The position numbers and the translations under genes are program-made. The notes beneath the pieces are model-generated. The model ran no database searches. It was not told where the DNA came from and saw only the letters and a list, made by a program, of their open reading frames with translations. 64,000 bases of DNA from Dehalococcoidia bacterium (GTDB lineage Bacteria > Chloroflexota > Dehalococcoidia > Lucifugimonadales > UBA3495). Positions 8,374 through 19,324 of the stretch are shown here, in pieces. The stretch spans positions 3,382,316-3,446,315 of the forward strand of contig OZ245439.1 of the NCBI GenBank assembly GCA_965226875.1, in the 5' to 3' direction. The first letter of the stretch is position 1. Each line of letters starts with the position of its first letter.

Positions 8374-8877
8374 ATGGAAAGTAGTGAACTGCCCGCAATT
8401 CGCCGAGAGCATCCGGCAACGGAAGCGGCGGCCCTCCTCATCGCCGAGTTGGACGCCTACCTGTCGCCACTGTACCCCAAGGAGAGCCAGCACGGGTACA
8501 GCATCGAGACGCTGATAGCCCGGCAGGTCGAGTTCTTTGTGCTGTACCACGACGGCGAACCGGCGGGCTGCGGCGGGGTGCAGTTCTTCACCGGCCCGCA
8601 GGCGCCGGGCGGCGCCTACGGCGAACTCAAGCGAATGTACGTGCGCAACCAGTTCCGGGGCCGCGGCTACGGCAGGCAATTGCTGGCGCACCTTGAGCAA
8701 CTGGCGACAGCGAAGGGCGTAACCATCATGCGGCTGGAGACCGGCATCCACCAGCCGGAAGCCGTCGCGCTGTACGAAAAGGGCGGCTACCACCGCATCC
8801 CGCCCTTCGGCAACTACCCCAAGGACGACCCGCTGAGCCTCTGCTACGAAAAGCGGCTGGATAGACCTGGCTTCTGA
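8374..8877 (+). CDS. GNAT family N-acetyltransferase
   Basis: RNQFRGRGYGRQLLAHLEQLA acetyl-CoA-binding motif. Confidence 0.8.
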   Translation: MESSELPAIRREHPATEAAALLIAELDAYLSPLYPKESQHGYSIETLIARQVEFFVLYHDGEPAGCGGVQFFTGPQAPGGAYGELKRMYVRNQFRGRGYGRQLLAHLEQLATAKGVTIMRLETGIHQPEAVALYEKGGYHRIPPFGNYPKDDPLSLCYEKRLDRPGF

Positions 8878-8924
8878 TACAACTCACAGAAAAAGCGACC
8901 CTTTGGTCTGAACTGACCGACAGG

Positions 8925-9738
8925 CTAGGTTGTGTTGACATTTTGGTTATGATGCTTGTATGTCAAATGTTAAATTGCCAGTAGAACAATGGGACAGGAT
9001 TCTCGATTTCCTGCGTGGCTGCGCCGGCCTGTATGTCGCTCAGGAAGAAGATTGCCAGCGATTTGTCGAGGCCGTTCTGTGGATTAACCGCTCCGGCGCC
9101 CAATGGCGGCTGCTTCCGGCCGAATACGGGAATTGGAACAGTGTCTATAAACGATTCGCCCGTTGGGCTGACAAAGGCGTCTGGGAACAGATGCTTCAAC
9201 ACTTCTCCGGCGACCCGGACCTGGAATACCTGATCATTGACAGCACGGTGGTTCGGGCGCACCCATGCGCGGCGGGGGCGCCCCCAAAAACGGGGGACAG
9301 GCTTGCCAGGCCCTGGGCCGCAGCCGGGGCGGGTTCAGCACCAAGATCCACGTGAGCGTGGACGGCTTGGGCAACCCCTTGCGATTCATCCTGACCGGAG
9401 GGCAACGGCACGACATCACCCAGGCAGAGGAATTGATCGCCGGTTACGCTGGAGAGCAGGTGCTGGCTGATAAAGGATATGACTCCCAGGAGTTTCGCGA
9501 GCACATCCTGGCCCTGGGCATGACTCCGGTCATTCCGCCCCGCTCAAACCGGAAGGAACCCGCCGGCTATGACCGGCATCTGTACCGGGAGCGCCATCTG
9601 GTCGAATGCTTCATCAACAAGATAAAACACTATCGCCGGATATTCTCCCGGTTTGAGAAACTGGACACCAGATACCTGGGCTTTCTGCATTTCACCGCCG
9701 CTCTCATCTGGTTACGCTGAAATGTCAACACAACCTAG
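8925..9738 (+). mobile_element. IS5-family insertion sequence (IS427/IS1031-like), 814 bp, 19-bp perfect terminal IRs CTAGGTTGTGTTGACATTT
   Basis: Left IR 8925-8943, right IR 9720-9738 (exact reverse complement); two overlapping transposase frames inside. Confidence 0.88.
8960..9720 (+). CDS. IS5-family DDE transposase OrfAB, requires -1 frameshift on the A5 run 9286-9290
   Basis: OrfA ...WRLLPAEYGNWNSVYKRFARWADKGVWEQ...IDSTVVRAHPCAAGA; OrfB GRSRGGFSTKIHVSVDGLGNP...ADKGYDS...YRERHLVECFINKIKHYRRIFSRFEK; frames differ by -1. Confidence 0.85.
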
Positions 9739-9765
9739 TGTCGAGGCGTCTGGACCTAGCTACCG

Positions 9766-10908
9766 CTAGCGGCACAAGCGTAGTTCACTGCTGGTCTGCA
9801 CCTGCCAGAGGCTTTCCGGGATGCAGCCGGTCAAGCGATTGTCCGAGAGCCCCAGGTATTCCAGGTTTTCCAGTTGGCCCAACTCCTCTGGCACGTCTCC
9901 TGTCAGGGCATTCTGTGCCACGCTCAGCCATTGCAGGGAGGCCAGCTTGCCCAATTCCGGCGGCAAATCGCCAGACAGTCCGTTCCTGTCGAGTACCAGC
10001 GACTCCAGTTGGTTCAGGTCTCCGATTTCCGGCGGTATTTCACCGGACAGATGATTGTCGCTAAGGCCCATGCGCTTCAACTTCGGGAGATTTCCCAACT
10101 CCGGAGGTATCTCACCCGACAATTGGTTGTCGCCGAGCCCCAGCGACAGCAATCGATCCAGATTGGCCAATTCTCGCGGAATTTCCCCGCTCAACCGATT
10201 GTCGCTCAGCCCAAGCCTTTCCAGTCTCACCAGCAATCCAATCTCCGGTGGTATCGTCCCGAACAGCCGGTTCTGGCTGAGGATAAGGTCGTCCAGGGCT
10301 GTCAGATGGATGAGTTCCTTTGGGATCTCCCCGGTCAATCCCTTGCCGAGAAGATATATATGCACTACGCGGTCCGGCGAGCCGTCAATACCGAGGCCAT
10401 CCCAATGCCTGATTGAGACGTCCGGGTTCCAGTTTAGACGGCCACTTTGGTCGAGCGCTTTCTTGGCAGCAAGGAGCGCGGCACAGTCGCTGACCAGTTC
10501 GGGATTCCGCTCGGGGTGCTGAACGGCAACCCCGTTGGAGCAGAATTCCAAAAATGTTGGCGGCACAGGATCAAAGGTGGCCAAAGGTGATGGGGTTGCC
10601 GCCAGCTCGGGAGTAGGCGTCGGCGGGAGCGTAGCCGTGGGTGCTGGCGCAGGTGTGGGAATGGGCGTAGGTTTACGTGTAGGCACGGCCGTGGGGATAG
10701 TTGTCGGCACAGCCGTAGGCGTAGGTATCGGCGTGGAAACGGAGGTTGGCACGGGTGTTGTCTCTGCTTCCCTGGTGACCTGCTCCGACTCGACTCTCGC
10801 CTCAACGGTTGCGTCCAGGTCAGGCGTCGGAGCCGGACCATCGCCGCGACACGCGATCACTACAGACAGGGCGACAAACAGGAAAACAATCAGCACTGCG
10901 TTCTTCAA
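9766..10908 (-). CDS. secreted lipoprotein with Pro/Thr-rich linker and plant-type (24-residue LxxLxLxxNxLSGEIPxELGxL) leucine-rich repeats
   Basis: Signal peptide with lipobox VIAC, PT linker, LRRNT-like ALLAAKKAL...LNW...W.GL, about 7.5 regular 24-aa LRRs, Cys-containing C-cap. Confidence 0.8.
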   Translation of the reverse strand: MKNAVLIVFLFVALSVVIACRGDGPAPTPDLDATVEARVESEQVTREAETTPVPTSVSTPIPTPTAVPTTIPTAVPTRKPTPIPTPAPAPTATLPPTPTPELAATPSPLATFDPVPPTFLEFCSNGVAVQHPERNPELVSDCAALLAAKKALDQSGRLNWNPDVSIRHWDGLGIDGSPDRVVHIYLLGKGLTGEIPKELIHLTALDDLILSQNRLFGTIPPEIGLLVRLERLGLSDNRLSGEIPRELANLDRLLSLGLGDNQLSGEIPPELGNLPKLKRMGLSDNHLSGEIPPEIGDLNQLESLVLDRNGLSGDLPPELGKLASLQWLSVAQNALTGDVPEELGQLENLEYLGLSDNRLTGCIPESLWQVQTSSELRLCR

Positions 10909-10996
10909 GTTACTCCCAGGCTCGACCTGCGATTCCCTGGCCTCATTATAAGCAGAAAGGTACTGAAATAGCTCTGTGGCTCATCGAGGCACCGCC

Positions 10997-11025
10997 TTGT
11001 GCCTCAACATGACGCCACCTATAAT
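10997..11025 (+). promoter_or_regulatory. candidate promoter for ilvD (TTGTGC-N17-TATAAT)
   Basis: Read directly; about 100 nt upstream of ATG 11125. Confidence 0.35.
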
Positions 11026-11124
11026 TGCGCGATAGATTTCCGGCAGCATCCAGACGGCGCGACACTTTTTGTCCTGCCGCACCATAACCAATCCTGCCCC
11101 GACGGAGATGACCCTGTGGCCACC

Positions 11125-12816
11125 ATGAGCAAACCCGCCAAGACCAAGCACCGCAGCGCCGAGATCACCCACGACCCGCAGCGCGCGCCGGCCCGCGCCA
11201 TGCTGATGGCCATGGGCATCACCCACGAGGACATGGAAAAACCCTTCGTCGCCATCGCCAACCTGGCCAGCGACGTTACTCCCTGCAACGTTCACCTAGG
11301 CCGCTTCGCTCTAGGCGCCAAGGAAGGCGTGCGCGCTGGCTACAACGGAAACAGCGGCGTACCCTTCGAGTTCGGCACCATCACCGTCAGCGACGGCATA
11401 TCCATGGGCACCGAGGGCATGAAGACCTCGCTGGTCAGCCGCGAGGTCATCGCCGACTCCATCGAGCTGGTCACCTTCGGCGAGCGCATGGATGGCCTTA
11501 TCACCATCGCCGGCTGCGACAAGAACATGCCCGGCTGCATGATGGCCCTGGCCCGGCTCAACGTTCCCGGCATCTTCATGTACGGCGGCTCCATCATGCC
11601 CGGCCGGCACAACGGCAAGGACGTGAACATCCAGGACGTGTTCGAGGCCGTGGGCGCCTACGCCAAGGGCGACGTCAGCTTCGAGGAGCTCCGTGACCTG
11701 GAATGCCGCGCCTGCCCCGGCGAGGGTTCCTGCGCCGGCCTGTTCACCGCCAACACCATGTCCACCGCCATCGAGGTTATGGGAATGTCGCTGCCCGGCG
11801 ACGCCTCCATCCCGGCCATAGACCCGCGCAAGCTGGGCGAGGCCCGGGACGTGGGCCGAACCCTGATGCGCCTGCTGGAAGAGGACGTGCGCCCCCGCGA
11901 CATCATGACCAAGCAGGCTTTCGAGAACGCCATCACCGTCGGCGTAGCCATGGGCGGCTCCACCAACATCGTCCTGCACCTGCTGGCCATCGCCAACGAG
12001 GCCGGGGTGCCTTTGGCGCTTGAGGACTTCGAGCGCATCAGCGCGGCCACGCCCTACATCGCCGACATGAAGCCGGCCGGCCGCTACGTGATGGCCGACC
12101 TGTCGCGCTACGGCGGAATCGCGCTGGTGATGAAGCGGCTGCTGGCCGCGGGACTGCTCCACGGCGACGCCATGACGGTCACCGGCAAGACCTTGGCCGA
12201 GAACCTGGAGGGCATCACTGTCATTGACGACCAGCCGGTCATCACGCAGGTGGACACGCCTCGCAGTCCCACTGGCGGCCTGGCCATCCTGCGCGGCAAC
12301 CTGGCTCCTGACGGCGCGGTCATCAAGGTGGCCGGCCACCAGGAGCGGGTCTATCGCGGCCCGGCGCGGGTGTTCGACCAGGAACCCGCCGCCTTCCAGG
12401 CCATCCAGCGAGGCGAGGTCAAGGCCGGCGACATCGTAATCATCCGCTACGAAGGCCCCAAGGGCGGCCCCGGAATGCAGGAGATGCTGGGGGTCACCGC
12501 CGCCATCGTCGGCCAGGGCCTGGGCGACGACGTGGCGCTGGTAACCGACGGCCGCTTCTCCGGCGCCAGCCACGGCCCGATGGTCGGTCACGTGGCCCCC
12601 GAGGCGGCAGTGGGCGGCCCCATCGCGCTGCTACAGGAGGGCGACGAAGTTACCCTCGATATCCCGGCCCGCCAACTCAACGTCAAGCTCACCGAGGAGG
12701 AGCTGACCGACCGCCGCGCCAACTGGCAGCCCCTCCCGCCCAACTACACCACCGGCGCCCTAGCCAAGTACGCCAAGCTCGCATCATCAGCATCCGAGGG
12801 CGCGGTGACGCGGTAG
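11125..12816 (+). CDS. ilvD: dihydroxy-acid dehydratase
   Basis: [44 protein letters not shown] motifs; ATG 11125 ([11 protein letters not shown]...) chosen within ORF 10999-12816. Confidence 0.92.
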   Translation: MSKPAKTKHRSAEITHDPQRAPARAMLMAMGITHEDMEKPFVAIANLASDVTPCNVHLGRFALGAKEGVRAGYNGNSGVPFEFGTITVSDGISMGTEGMKTSLVSREVIADSIELVTFGERMDGLITIAGCDKNMPGCMMALARLNVPGIFMYGGSIMPGRHNGKDVNIQDVFEAVGAYAKGDVSFEELRDLECRACPGEGSCAGLFTANTMSTAIEVMGMSLPGDASIPAIDPRKLGEARDVGRTLMRLLEEDVRPRDIMTKQAFENAITVGVAMGGSTNIVLHLLAIANEAGVPLALEDFERISAATPYIADMKPAGRYVMADLSRYGGIALVMKRLLAAGLLHGDAMTVTGKTLAENLEGITVIDDQPVITQVDTPRSPTGGLAILRGNLAPDGAVIKVAGHQERVYRGPARVFDQEPAAFQAIQRGEVKAGDIVIIRYEGPKGGPGMQEMLGVTAAIVGQGLGDDVALVTDGRFSGASHGPMVGHVAPEAAVGGPIALLQEGDEVTLDIPARQLNVKLTEEELTDRRANWQPLPPNYTTGALAKYAKLASSASEGAVTR

Positions 12817-12834
12817 GCAACGGGAGCGCAAGAC

Positions 12835-12862
12835 ACGCCGCCCGGACACATCCGGTCGGCGT
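12835..12862 (+). terminator. hairpin after ilvD (ACGCCGCCCGGA-caca-TCCGGTCGGCGT)
   Basis: Read directly; only a weak T tract follows. Confidence 0.35.
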
Positions 12863-12911
12863 TATCTACCTACAGCCCATCGGGAAACTAATCACCGGAT
12901 TGACAACGTCC

Positions 12912-13271
12912 ATGATACTGACTCACGACTTGACGCAGGAACAGCTCGACAGGGTAGAGGAAATCGTTCGGGAAGACCTTGCGGAAGGGTTCGGAGACAA
13001 GTTCGTCTTCGACCCGATATGGGTCATCCCCTACATCAGCGACGCCTTCCCAGACGACCCGATGGATTTCATGCGGATATTGATTATTTTCGACGGTGAC
13101 CAGAAAAACCTCGACTCATCCAGGACGGTGGGAATGATTACCCGCATGTGGCCAAAGCTGGAGGAGGCAGGCGTTAACCATTTTCCCGTAAGATCGTTCA
13201 TTAGCAAGCGCGAATGGGAAAGGTATGCCAAGAAAAACTGGGAAAAGTATCTTGCTGAGAACCGAAGGTGA
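12912..13271 (+). CDS. hypothetical small protein, translationally coupled to a HEPN-like gene (possible antitoxin/partner)
   Basis: AT-richer islet; stop overlaps next start in GTGA (13268-13271); no clear nucleotidyltransferase motif. Confidence 0.5.
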   Translation: MILTHDLTQEQLDRVEEIVREDLAEGFGDKFVFDPIWVIPYISDAFPDDPMDFMRILIIFDGDQKNLDSSRTVGMITRMWPKLEEAGVNHFPVRSFISKREWERYAKKNWEKYLAENRR

Positions 13272-13747
13272 GAGCGCTCGACCTAATTGCAGCGGCCAAG
13301 CTGCTGGCCGAACATCCCGGAAGAGGGAGGCCTCCCGAAGCAAATCTCCGCAGGGCAATCAGCACCGCATACTATGCGCTCTTTCATTGTTTGGCTGAGA
13401 ATTGCGCGGACATGATGGTGGGCGGTTCAGGCGCAAGAAGAAGCAGAGAGGCTTGGCGGCAGGTCTACAGGACACTGGAACACAGAGTGGCAAGGCGGCG
13501 TTGTGGCGACAAGAGTTCAATTCAAAATTTTGCTCCCGAAATCATAAACATTGCGACCGATTTCGTTGAAATGCAAGATTTGAGACACATCGCGGACTAC
13601 GATCCTATTGCATCTATTCCTACCAGGGACGAAGTGATTCAACACATAACCGATGCGGAGAACGCCATACGACAGTTCCCCAACGCCCCCATCGTGGACC
13701 GGCGCTCCTTCGCCGTCCACGTCCTGATGAGCGGCAGGAGGAACTGA
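13268..13747 (+). CDS. HEPN-domain-like protein
   Basis: AISTAYYALFHCLAENCA helix and DLRHIADYD (R..adY) motif reminiscent of HEPN PF05168-type proteins. Confidence 0.5.
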   Translation: MRALDLIAAAKLLAEHPGRGRPPEANLRRAISTAYYALFHCLAENCADMMVGGSGARRSREAWRQVYRTLEHRVARRRCGDKSSIQNFAPEIINIATDFVEMQDLRHIADYDPIASIPTRDEVIQHITDAENAIRQFPNAPIVDRRSFAVHVLMSGRRN

Positions 13748-13807
13748 CCGCCCGGTTATCATCGCCCCGGCACAACCCAAACCGAAACCACGTCAGGAGT
13801 GCATACC

Positions 13808-14968
<1,161 letters not shown>

Positions 14969-14980
14969 AACGAAATCCCT

Positions 14981-16549
14981 ATGCCTCCCGGAATCAGCGT
15001 CGAAACCCTGGACATACTCCGGCCCAACCTGCGCGCGCTCATAGCGGAGCGGGCCAGGACGCTACCTGACCTGCGCTATTGCGACCTGCGCATCGAGGTC
15101 CGCGAAGAGAAAGGGGCCGTGGCGGAAAACGGCAACGCCAAGGCCGGGCGCGAGGACTACTCCTTCGACTTCGGCGTGCGGGCCATCTCCGGAGACAGCG
15201 CCAGAGCTGCCGGCTACTATGGGCGCGTGCTGGGCCAGTCCGACGCCGGCAACATAGAGGCGCTGGTGTGGGAAGGCCTGGAGGAGGCGCACCGCCGGGC
15301 GCTGGCCAGCGCCTCCCGGAAGGAGCAGCTGCGCCAGCGCCATACCCTGTTGGGCGCGTCGCTGGGCGACTCCGACCTGGCCCTGGTGCCGCCCGCCGTG
15401 GATACCGTGGCCGCCACCTACGCCGACGACCCGCGCCAAGTGTCGCTGGATGCCGTAGTGCAGATGGCGGTGGAAGGCTGTCGCGCGTTGCAGGACACGC
15501 GGGGCGAGGTGGTATATTGCGCCGCTTCGGCCAGCACCCAGTTGATGCGGGAGCTGTTCATCAGTTCCGACGGGGCCGACATCGACCAGACCTTCGCACA
15601 GACCGAGGGGTTCGCCATCGTCGTCTGCACCGGGGAACATGGCAACTTCGAGCATTACGACTTCACCGGCCACCAGCGCGGCTGGGAGATACTCACCGAG
15701 GGCTACGACAACGGCCCCATCGTCCTGCCCAACTTCGTGGACTTCTGCGCCCGGCTGTCGGCAGACGCGCGGGAGACGGCAGCCGCGCCGCCGCTCAAGC
15801 CGCCCGACCGAGACGTGGTGGTGGTGACCAATCCCCATTTCAACACCCTGCTGGTACACGAGGTGGTGGGGCACCCCTCGGAGCTGGACCGGGCGCTGAA
15901 ATACGAGACGGGATACGCCGGTCGTTCCTGGTTCCTGAAAGACCTGAACGACCACCAACTGGGGCAGCAGATAGCGTCGCCCCTGGTCTCGGCCTACTCC
16001 GACCCTCTAATGGAAGGCCACGGCTCCTTCCAGTACGACCACGAGGGCACCCCGGGCCGCCGGGCCTACATCATCCGGGACGGAGTGCTGGAGGAGTTCC
16101 TCAACAACCGGCAGACCGCAGCCATCATGGGCGTGTCCCCCAACGGCTCGGCCCGGGCCACCGAGGCCCAGCTCGTGCCGCTGATACGCATGACCAACAC
16201 CATCTTCGCACCCGGCGACCGCGATCCGCAGGACATCATCGCCGAGGTCGAACACGGCTACTACATCGCTGGGCACCGCACTCCGTCCATCGCCGAGTCC
16301 CGCGAGAACTTCCGCATCACCGCGGTCAAGGTCTACGAGATCGAGAACGGACAGTTGGGGCGCCTCTATCGCGATGGCGGCATCACCTCCGACAGCCGCG
16401 ACTACTTCCGCTCCATAGACGCCGTAGGCAACGACCTGAGGATCAACCCCATTCCCAACTGCGGCAAGGGCCAACCCATGCAGGCCAAGCGCATGAGCAA
16501 CGGCGGCCCCACCATGCGCGGCATCGCCCGCCTGACAGGGCCAGGGTGA
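14981..16549 (+). CDS. tldD: TldD-family metalloprotease
   Basis: HEVVGHPSELD zinc motif, C-terminal GKGQPMQ...GGPTMR. Confidence 0.8.
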   Translation: MPPGISVETLDILRPNLRALIAERARTLPDLRYCDLRIEVREEKGAVAENGNAKAGREDYSFDFGVRAISGDSARAAGYYGRVLGQSDAGNIEALVWEGLEEAHRRALASASRKEQLRQRHTLLGASLGDSDLALVPPAVDTVAATYADDPRQVSLDAVVQMAVEGCRALQDTRGEVVYCAASASTQLMRELFISSDGADIDQTFAQTEGFAIVVCTGEHGNFEHYDFTGHQRGWEILTEGYDNGPIVLPNFVDFCARLSADARETAAAPPLKPPDRDVVVVTNPHFNTLLVHEVVGHPSELDRALKYETGYAGRSWFLKDLNDHQLGQQIASPLVSAYSDPLMEGHGSFQYDHEGTPGRRAYIIRDGVLEEFLNNRQTAAIMGVSPNGSARATEAQLVPLIRMTNTIFAPGDRDPQDIIAEVEHGYYIAGHRTPSIAESRENFRITAVKVYEIENGQLGRLYRDGGITSDSRDYFRSIDAVGNDLRINPIPNCGKGQPMQAKRMSNGGPTMRGIARLTGPG

Positions 16550-16678
16550 GCAATCCTCCTTCACCCGCCTGGCACGCCTGTGCCCAAAGGATGAATGGAT
16601 TATGGCAAGAGAGCGTAGTTGCCGGGAGCCTGGAATTGACGAATTGCTGTGCCCGAATCATGCCGACCGGAAAATGAA

Positions 16679-18310
16679 ATGCTCCTCCTAGACCACTTGC
16701 GCGCCGCCACCAGCGAGGCCCTGGCTTACGTATCCGCCCAACCCGGCGTCGAGGCGGTGGAGGTGTTCGCCTCGGCGGACGCCAACCTCACCGTGCGGCT
16801 CAACTACACCTCACACATCCCCAGCAACGGCGTCGAGGAGCCCAAGTCCACCGAATCCTTCGGCCTGGGGCTGCGGGTAGTATTTCGACCCGACGCCGAT
16901 GGCTACCGCCGCACCGGTTTCGGCAGCGAACCCAACGACCTGTCGTTGGACGGCGCCCGCCGCGCTCTGGACAAGGCCCGCGCCGGGGCCGTGGCCGACC
17001 CGGAGTTCGTTTCCTTGCCTCGGCCCGACGACCTCATCCCTACGCCGTCCCCCGCATCCGAAGAAGCGGACACCGCCAGCTATGACCCGGCCATCATGGA
17101 CGTGGACAGCGGGCAGTTGGTGGATACCGGCTGGCGCATGATGGATCGGGCGCTGGACGCTTTCGCCTCGGCAGAGGAACTGGTCGCGCTGGCCGGTCAG
17201 CCGGAACGCATCCCTGAGCTGGGCCTGATCCTTGGCGGCGACGTGGTGCTGCTCCAGTCCCGCATGGCCGTGGCCTCCACCCACCTGCCGCAGGTGCAGA
17301 GCGAGCAGAACACGCTGGTCATGTCCTTCGCCACCGCCATGGTGGAGCGGCGTAACAGCAAGGGCAGCGGCTGGTCCGTGGGCGCCAGGCTCGCCGGGTT
17401 TGACGGGCGGGCCGCCGCCGAAGCCGCCCGCAACGCTGTGTCCGCCGCAGGGCTGGAATACGGCGGCGGACAGCGCATCCCCACCGGCAGCTACCGCGTG
17501 GTTCTGGGACCGCAGCCAGTGGCCGAGATCCTGGAGTGGATCATCATGCCCGGCCTACAGGTGGAGATGTTCTACGCCGGGGCGTCCCCGTTCCTGGGCC
17601 AGTTGGGCCGGATGGTGGCCTCGGAAGAAATCAGCATCTACGACGAGGGCCCTTTGCGGCATCTTCCCGGCAGCGAGTCAGCAGGGCGGCCCGGCTCCCG
17701 CCGCATCACCGATGAGGGACTGCCCGCTGGCCGCACCGACCTGATTGGCCGGGGCGAGTTGGCTGGGCTGCTGTCTGACTACTACAACTACCAGCGCATT
17801 CGCCGCGACCCCAACGCCCGGCAGAAGCTGGGCCGCGACCCTGCCGACGCGCTGGCCAGCATTGCGCCGCGCAACGGCTTCCGCCCCGGCAACGGGGGCG
17901 GGCGCAACTTCGGAGCCACGCCCTCGACCATCCCCACCAACCTGGTTATTGAGGGAACCAACGGGCTATCCCACGAGGAACTGCTGCGGCGCGTCGGCAA
18001 CGGCGTCTATATCGGACGCATCTGGTACACCTACCCCGTCAACGGCATCACCTCCGGCGACTTCAGCGGCACCGTCATCGCCGACTCCTACCTCATCAAG
18101 GACGGACGCCTGGCCGCGCCGCTGCAACCAAACACGGTGCGAATGAACGACAACGCGCTGCGCGTCCTGAACAACATCATAGGCATCGGCGCACACCGCC
18201 GCCCCACTGTCCGCTGGTCCTCAGACCAGGTGACGTGGGCTCCCGAAATCGCGGTGGACGGCTTCGGCCTCGAGGAAATCAGCGAGTACATGGACGGGAT
18301 GTATCAGTAA
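16679..18310 (+). CDS. pmbA: PmbA/TldE-family protein (TldD partner)
   Basis: Family-typical C-terminus GDFSGTVIADSYLIKDGRLAAPL; lacks HExxxH; ATG 16679 chosen. Confidence 0.7.
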   Translation: MLLLDHLRAATSEALAYVSAQPGVEAVEVFASADANLTVRLNYTSHIPSNGVEEPKSTESFGLGLRVVFRPDADGYRRTGFGSEPNDLSLDGARRALDKARAGAVADPEFVSLPRPDDLIPTPSPASEEADTASYDPAIMDVDSGQLVDTGWRMMDRALDAFASAEELVALAGQPERIPELGLILGGDVVLLQSRMAVASTHLPQVQSEQNTLVMSFATAMVERRNSKGSGWSVGARLAGFDGRAAAEAARNAVSAAGLEYGGGQRIPTGSYRVVLGPQPVAEILEWIIMPGLQVEMFYAGASPFLGQLGRMVASEEISIYDEGPLRHLPGSESAGRPGSRRITDEGLPAGRTDLIGRGELAGLLSDYYNYQRIRRDPNARQKLGRDPADALASIAPRNGFRPGNGGGRNFGATPSTIPTNLVIEGTNGLSHEELLRRVGNGVYIGRIWYTYPVNGITSGDFSGTVIADSYLIKDGRLAAPLQPNTVRMNDNALRVLNNIIGIGAHRRPTVRWSSDQVTWAPEIAVDGFGLEEISEYMDGMYQ

Positions 18311-18358
18311 TTCTGCCAGTGGCCAAATCAACCACAAAAGCCCGGCATCACCCCACCC

Positions 18359-18451
18359 GGCATTCCCGCGAAGGCGGGAATCCAGAGGCCCTACCCTTTG
18401 ACAACGTCCGGGCTGCAATGCGGGTCGGATTCCCGCCTTCGCGGGAATGCC
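18359..18451. repeat. REP family 3: two inverted copies of the hairpin GGCATTCCCGCGAAGGCGGGAATCC
   Basis: 18359-18383 and 18427-18451 are reverse complements; related copies at 32526-32547 and 42909-42931. Confidence 0.65.
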
Positions 18452-18506
18452 GGCAAAGCGAAAATGCCCCGGTTTATAGCCCGGTTTAGAGAAGGAGAGT
18501 CAAGTA

Positions 18507-19310
18507 ATGGCTGAAGAGTCGGTCAAGTTCAGCACGTCGGGAGCCGTGGGTATCATCACCCTGAACAGCCCCGAAACCCGTAACGCCCTGACGCCGGAGA
18601 TGATTGACGCCCTCGGGCAGGCGATTAAGCAGTGCGTGTCACCCAACATCCGAGCGGTGCTGCTGACCGGCGCAGGGGGCGCATTCTGCGCCGGGGCCAA
18701 CGTCAGGCAGTTGGTGGCAACGCTGGAGGAGAGCGGAACCGACGGCATATCGCAGGCAATCCGCGAGTTGGCCGACGCGCTGCACGGACAGGTAGTGCTG
18801 CCCCTGCGGCGGCTGCCCAAGCCGGTGGTGGCGGGAATCAATGGCGCGGCGGCGGGCGCGGGCTTCAGCCTGTCCCTGGCTGCCGACCTGCGGGTGGCGG
18901 CCCAGAGCGCCCGCTTCCTGATGGCCTACGCCAACATCGGAGCCCCCGCCGACGGCGGCTCCACTTGGCTGCTGCCCCGCCTGCTAGGCACCGGACGGGC
19001 CATGGAGCTGTACCTGGCCAGCCAGCCCATCGGAGCGCCCCGCGCCCTGGAACTGGGGCTGGTCTCGCAGGTGTGCCCCGACGAGGAGCTGGACCGCCAC
19101 GCGCTGGAGACCGCCACCCGCCTGGCCGGCGGCCCGACAGTAGCCTACGGACGGGTCAAGGAGCTGTACGAACGTTCCTGGGACTCCACGCTGGAGGAGC
19201 AGCTTGAGGCCGAGACCGAGGCCTTCGCCCGCACCGCCCACACCCGCGACTTCCAGGAGGGCATCAAGGCCTTCGCCGACCGCCGCCAGCCCTGGTTCCA
19301 AGGGATGTAA
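18507..19310 (+). CDS. enoyl-CoA hydratase/isomerase (crotonase) family protein
   Basis: LNSPETRNAL, LTGAGGAFCAGANV, PVVAGINGAAAGAGFSL motifs. Confidence 0.85.
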   Translation: MAEESVKFSTSGAVGIITLNSPETRNALTPEMIDALGQAIKQCVSPNIRAVLLTGAGGAFCAGANVRQLVATLEESGTDGISQAIRELADALHGQVVLPLRRLPKPVVAGINGAAAGAGFSLSLAADLRVAAQSARFLMAYANIGAPADGGSTWLLPRLLGTGRAMELYLASQPIGAPRALELGLVSQVCPDEELDRHALETATRLAGGPTVAYGRVKELYERSWDSTLEEQLEAETEAFARTAHTRDFQEGIKAFADRRQPWFQGM

Positions 19311-19324
19311 AACCGGGCCTGTAC

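Noticed and set aside
11311-12591. 426-aa minus-strand ORF, and similar ones at 1545-2513, 24656-25690, 28938-30014, 35405-36061 and 41262-42167
   Set aside because: All are antisense to or out of frame with genes that have strong motifs (ilvD, sirC/hemC, Rieske alpha, VIT1 fusion, lysS, NHase). They are GC-rich shadow ORFs.
15079-16677. 532-aa Arg/Pro/Gly-rich ORF overlapping tldD in another frame
   Set aside because: It is an alternative-frame artefact. The TldD frame carries the HExxxH motif and family-typical sequence.
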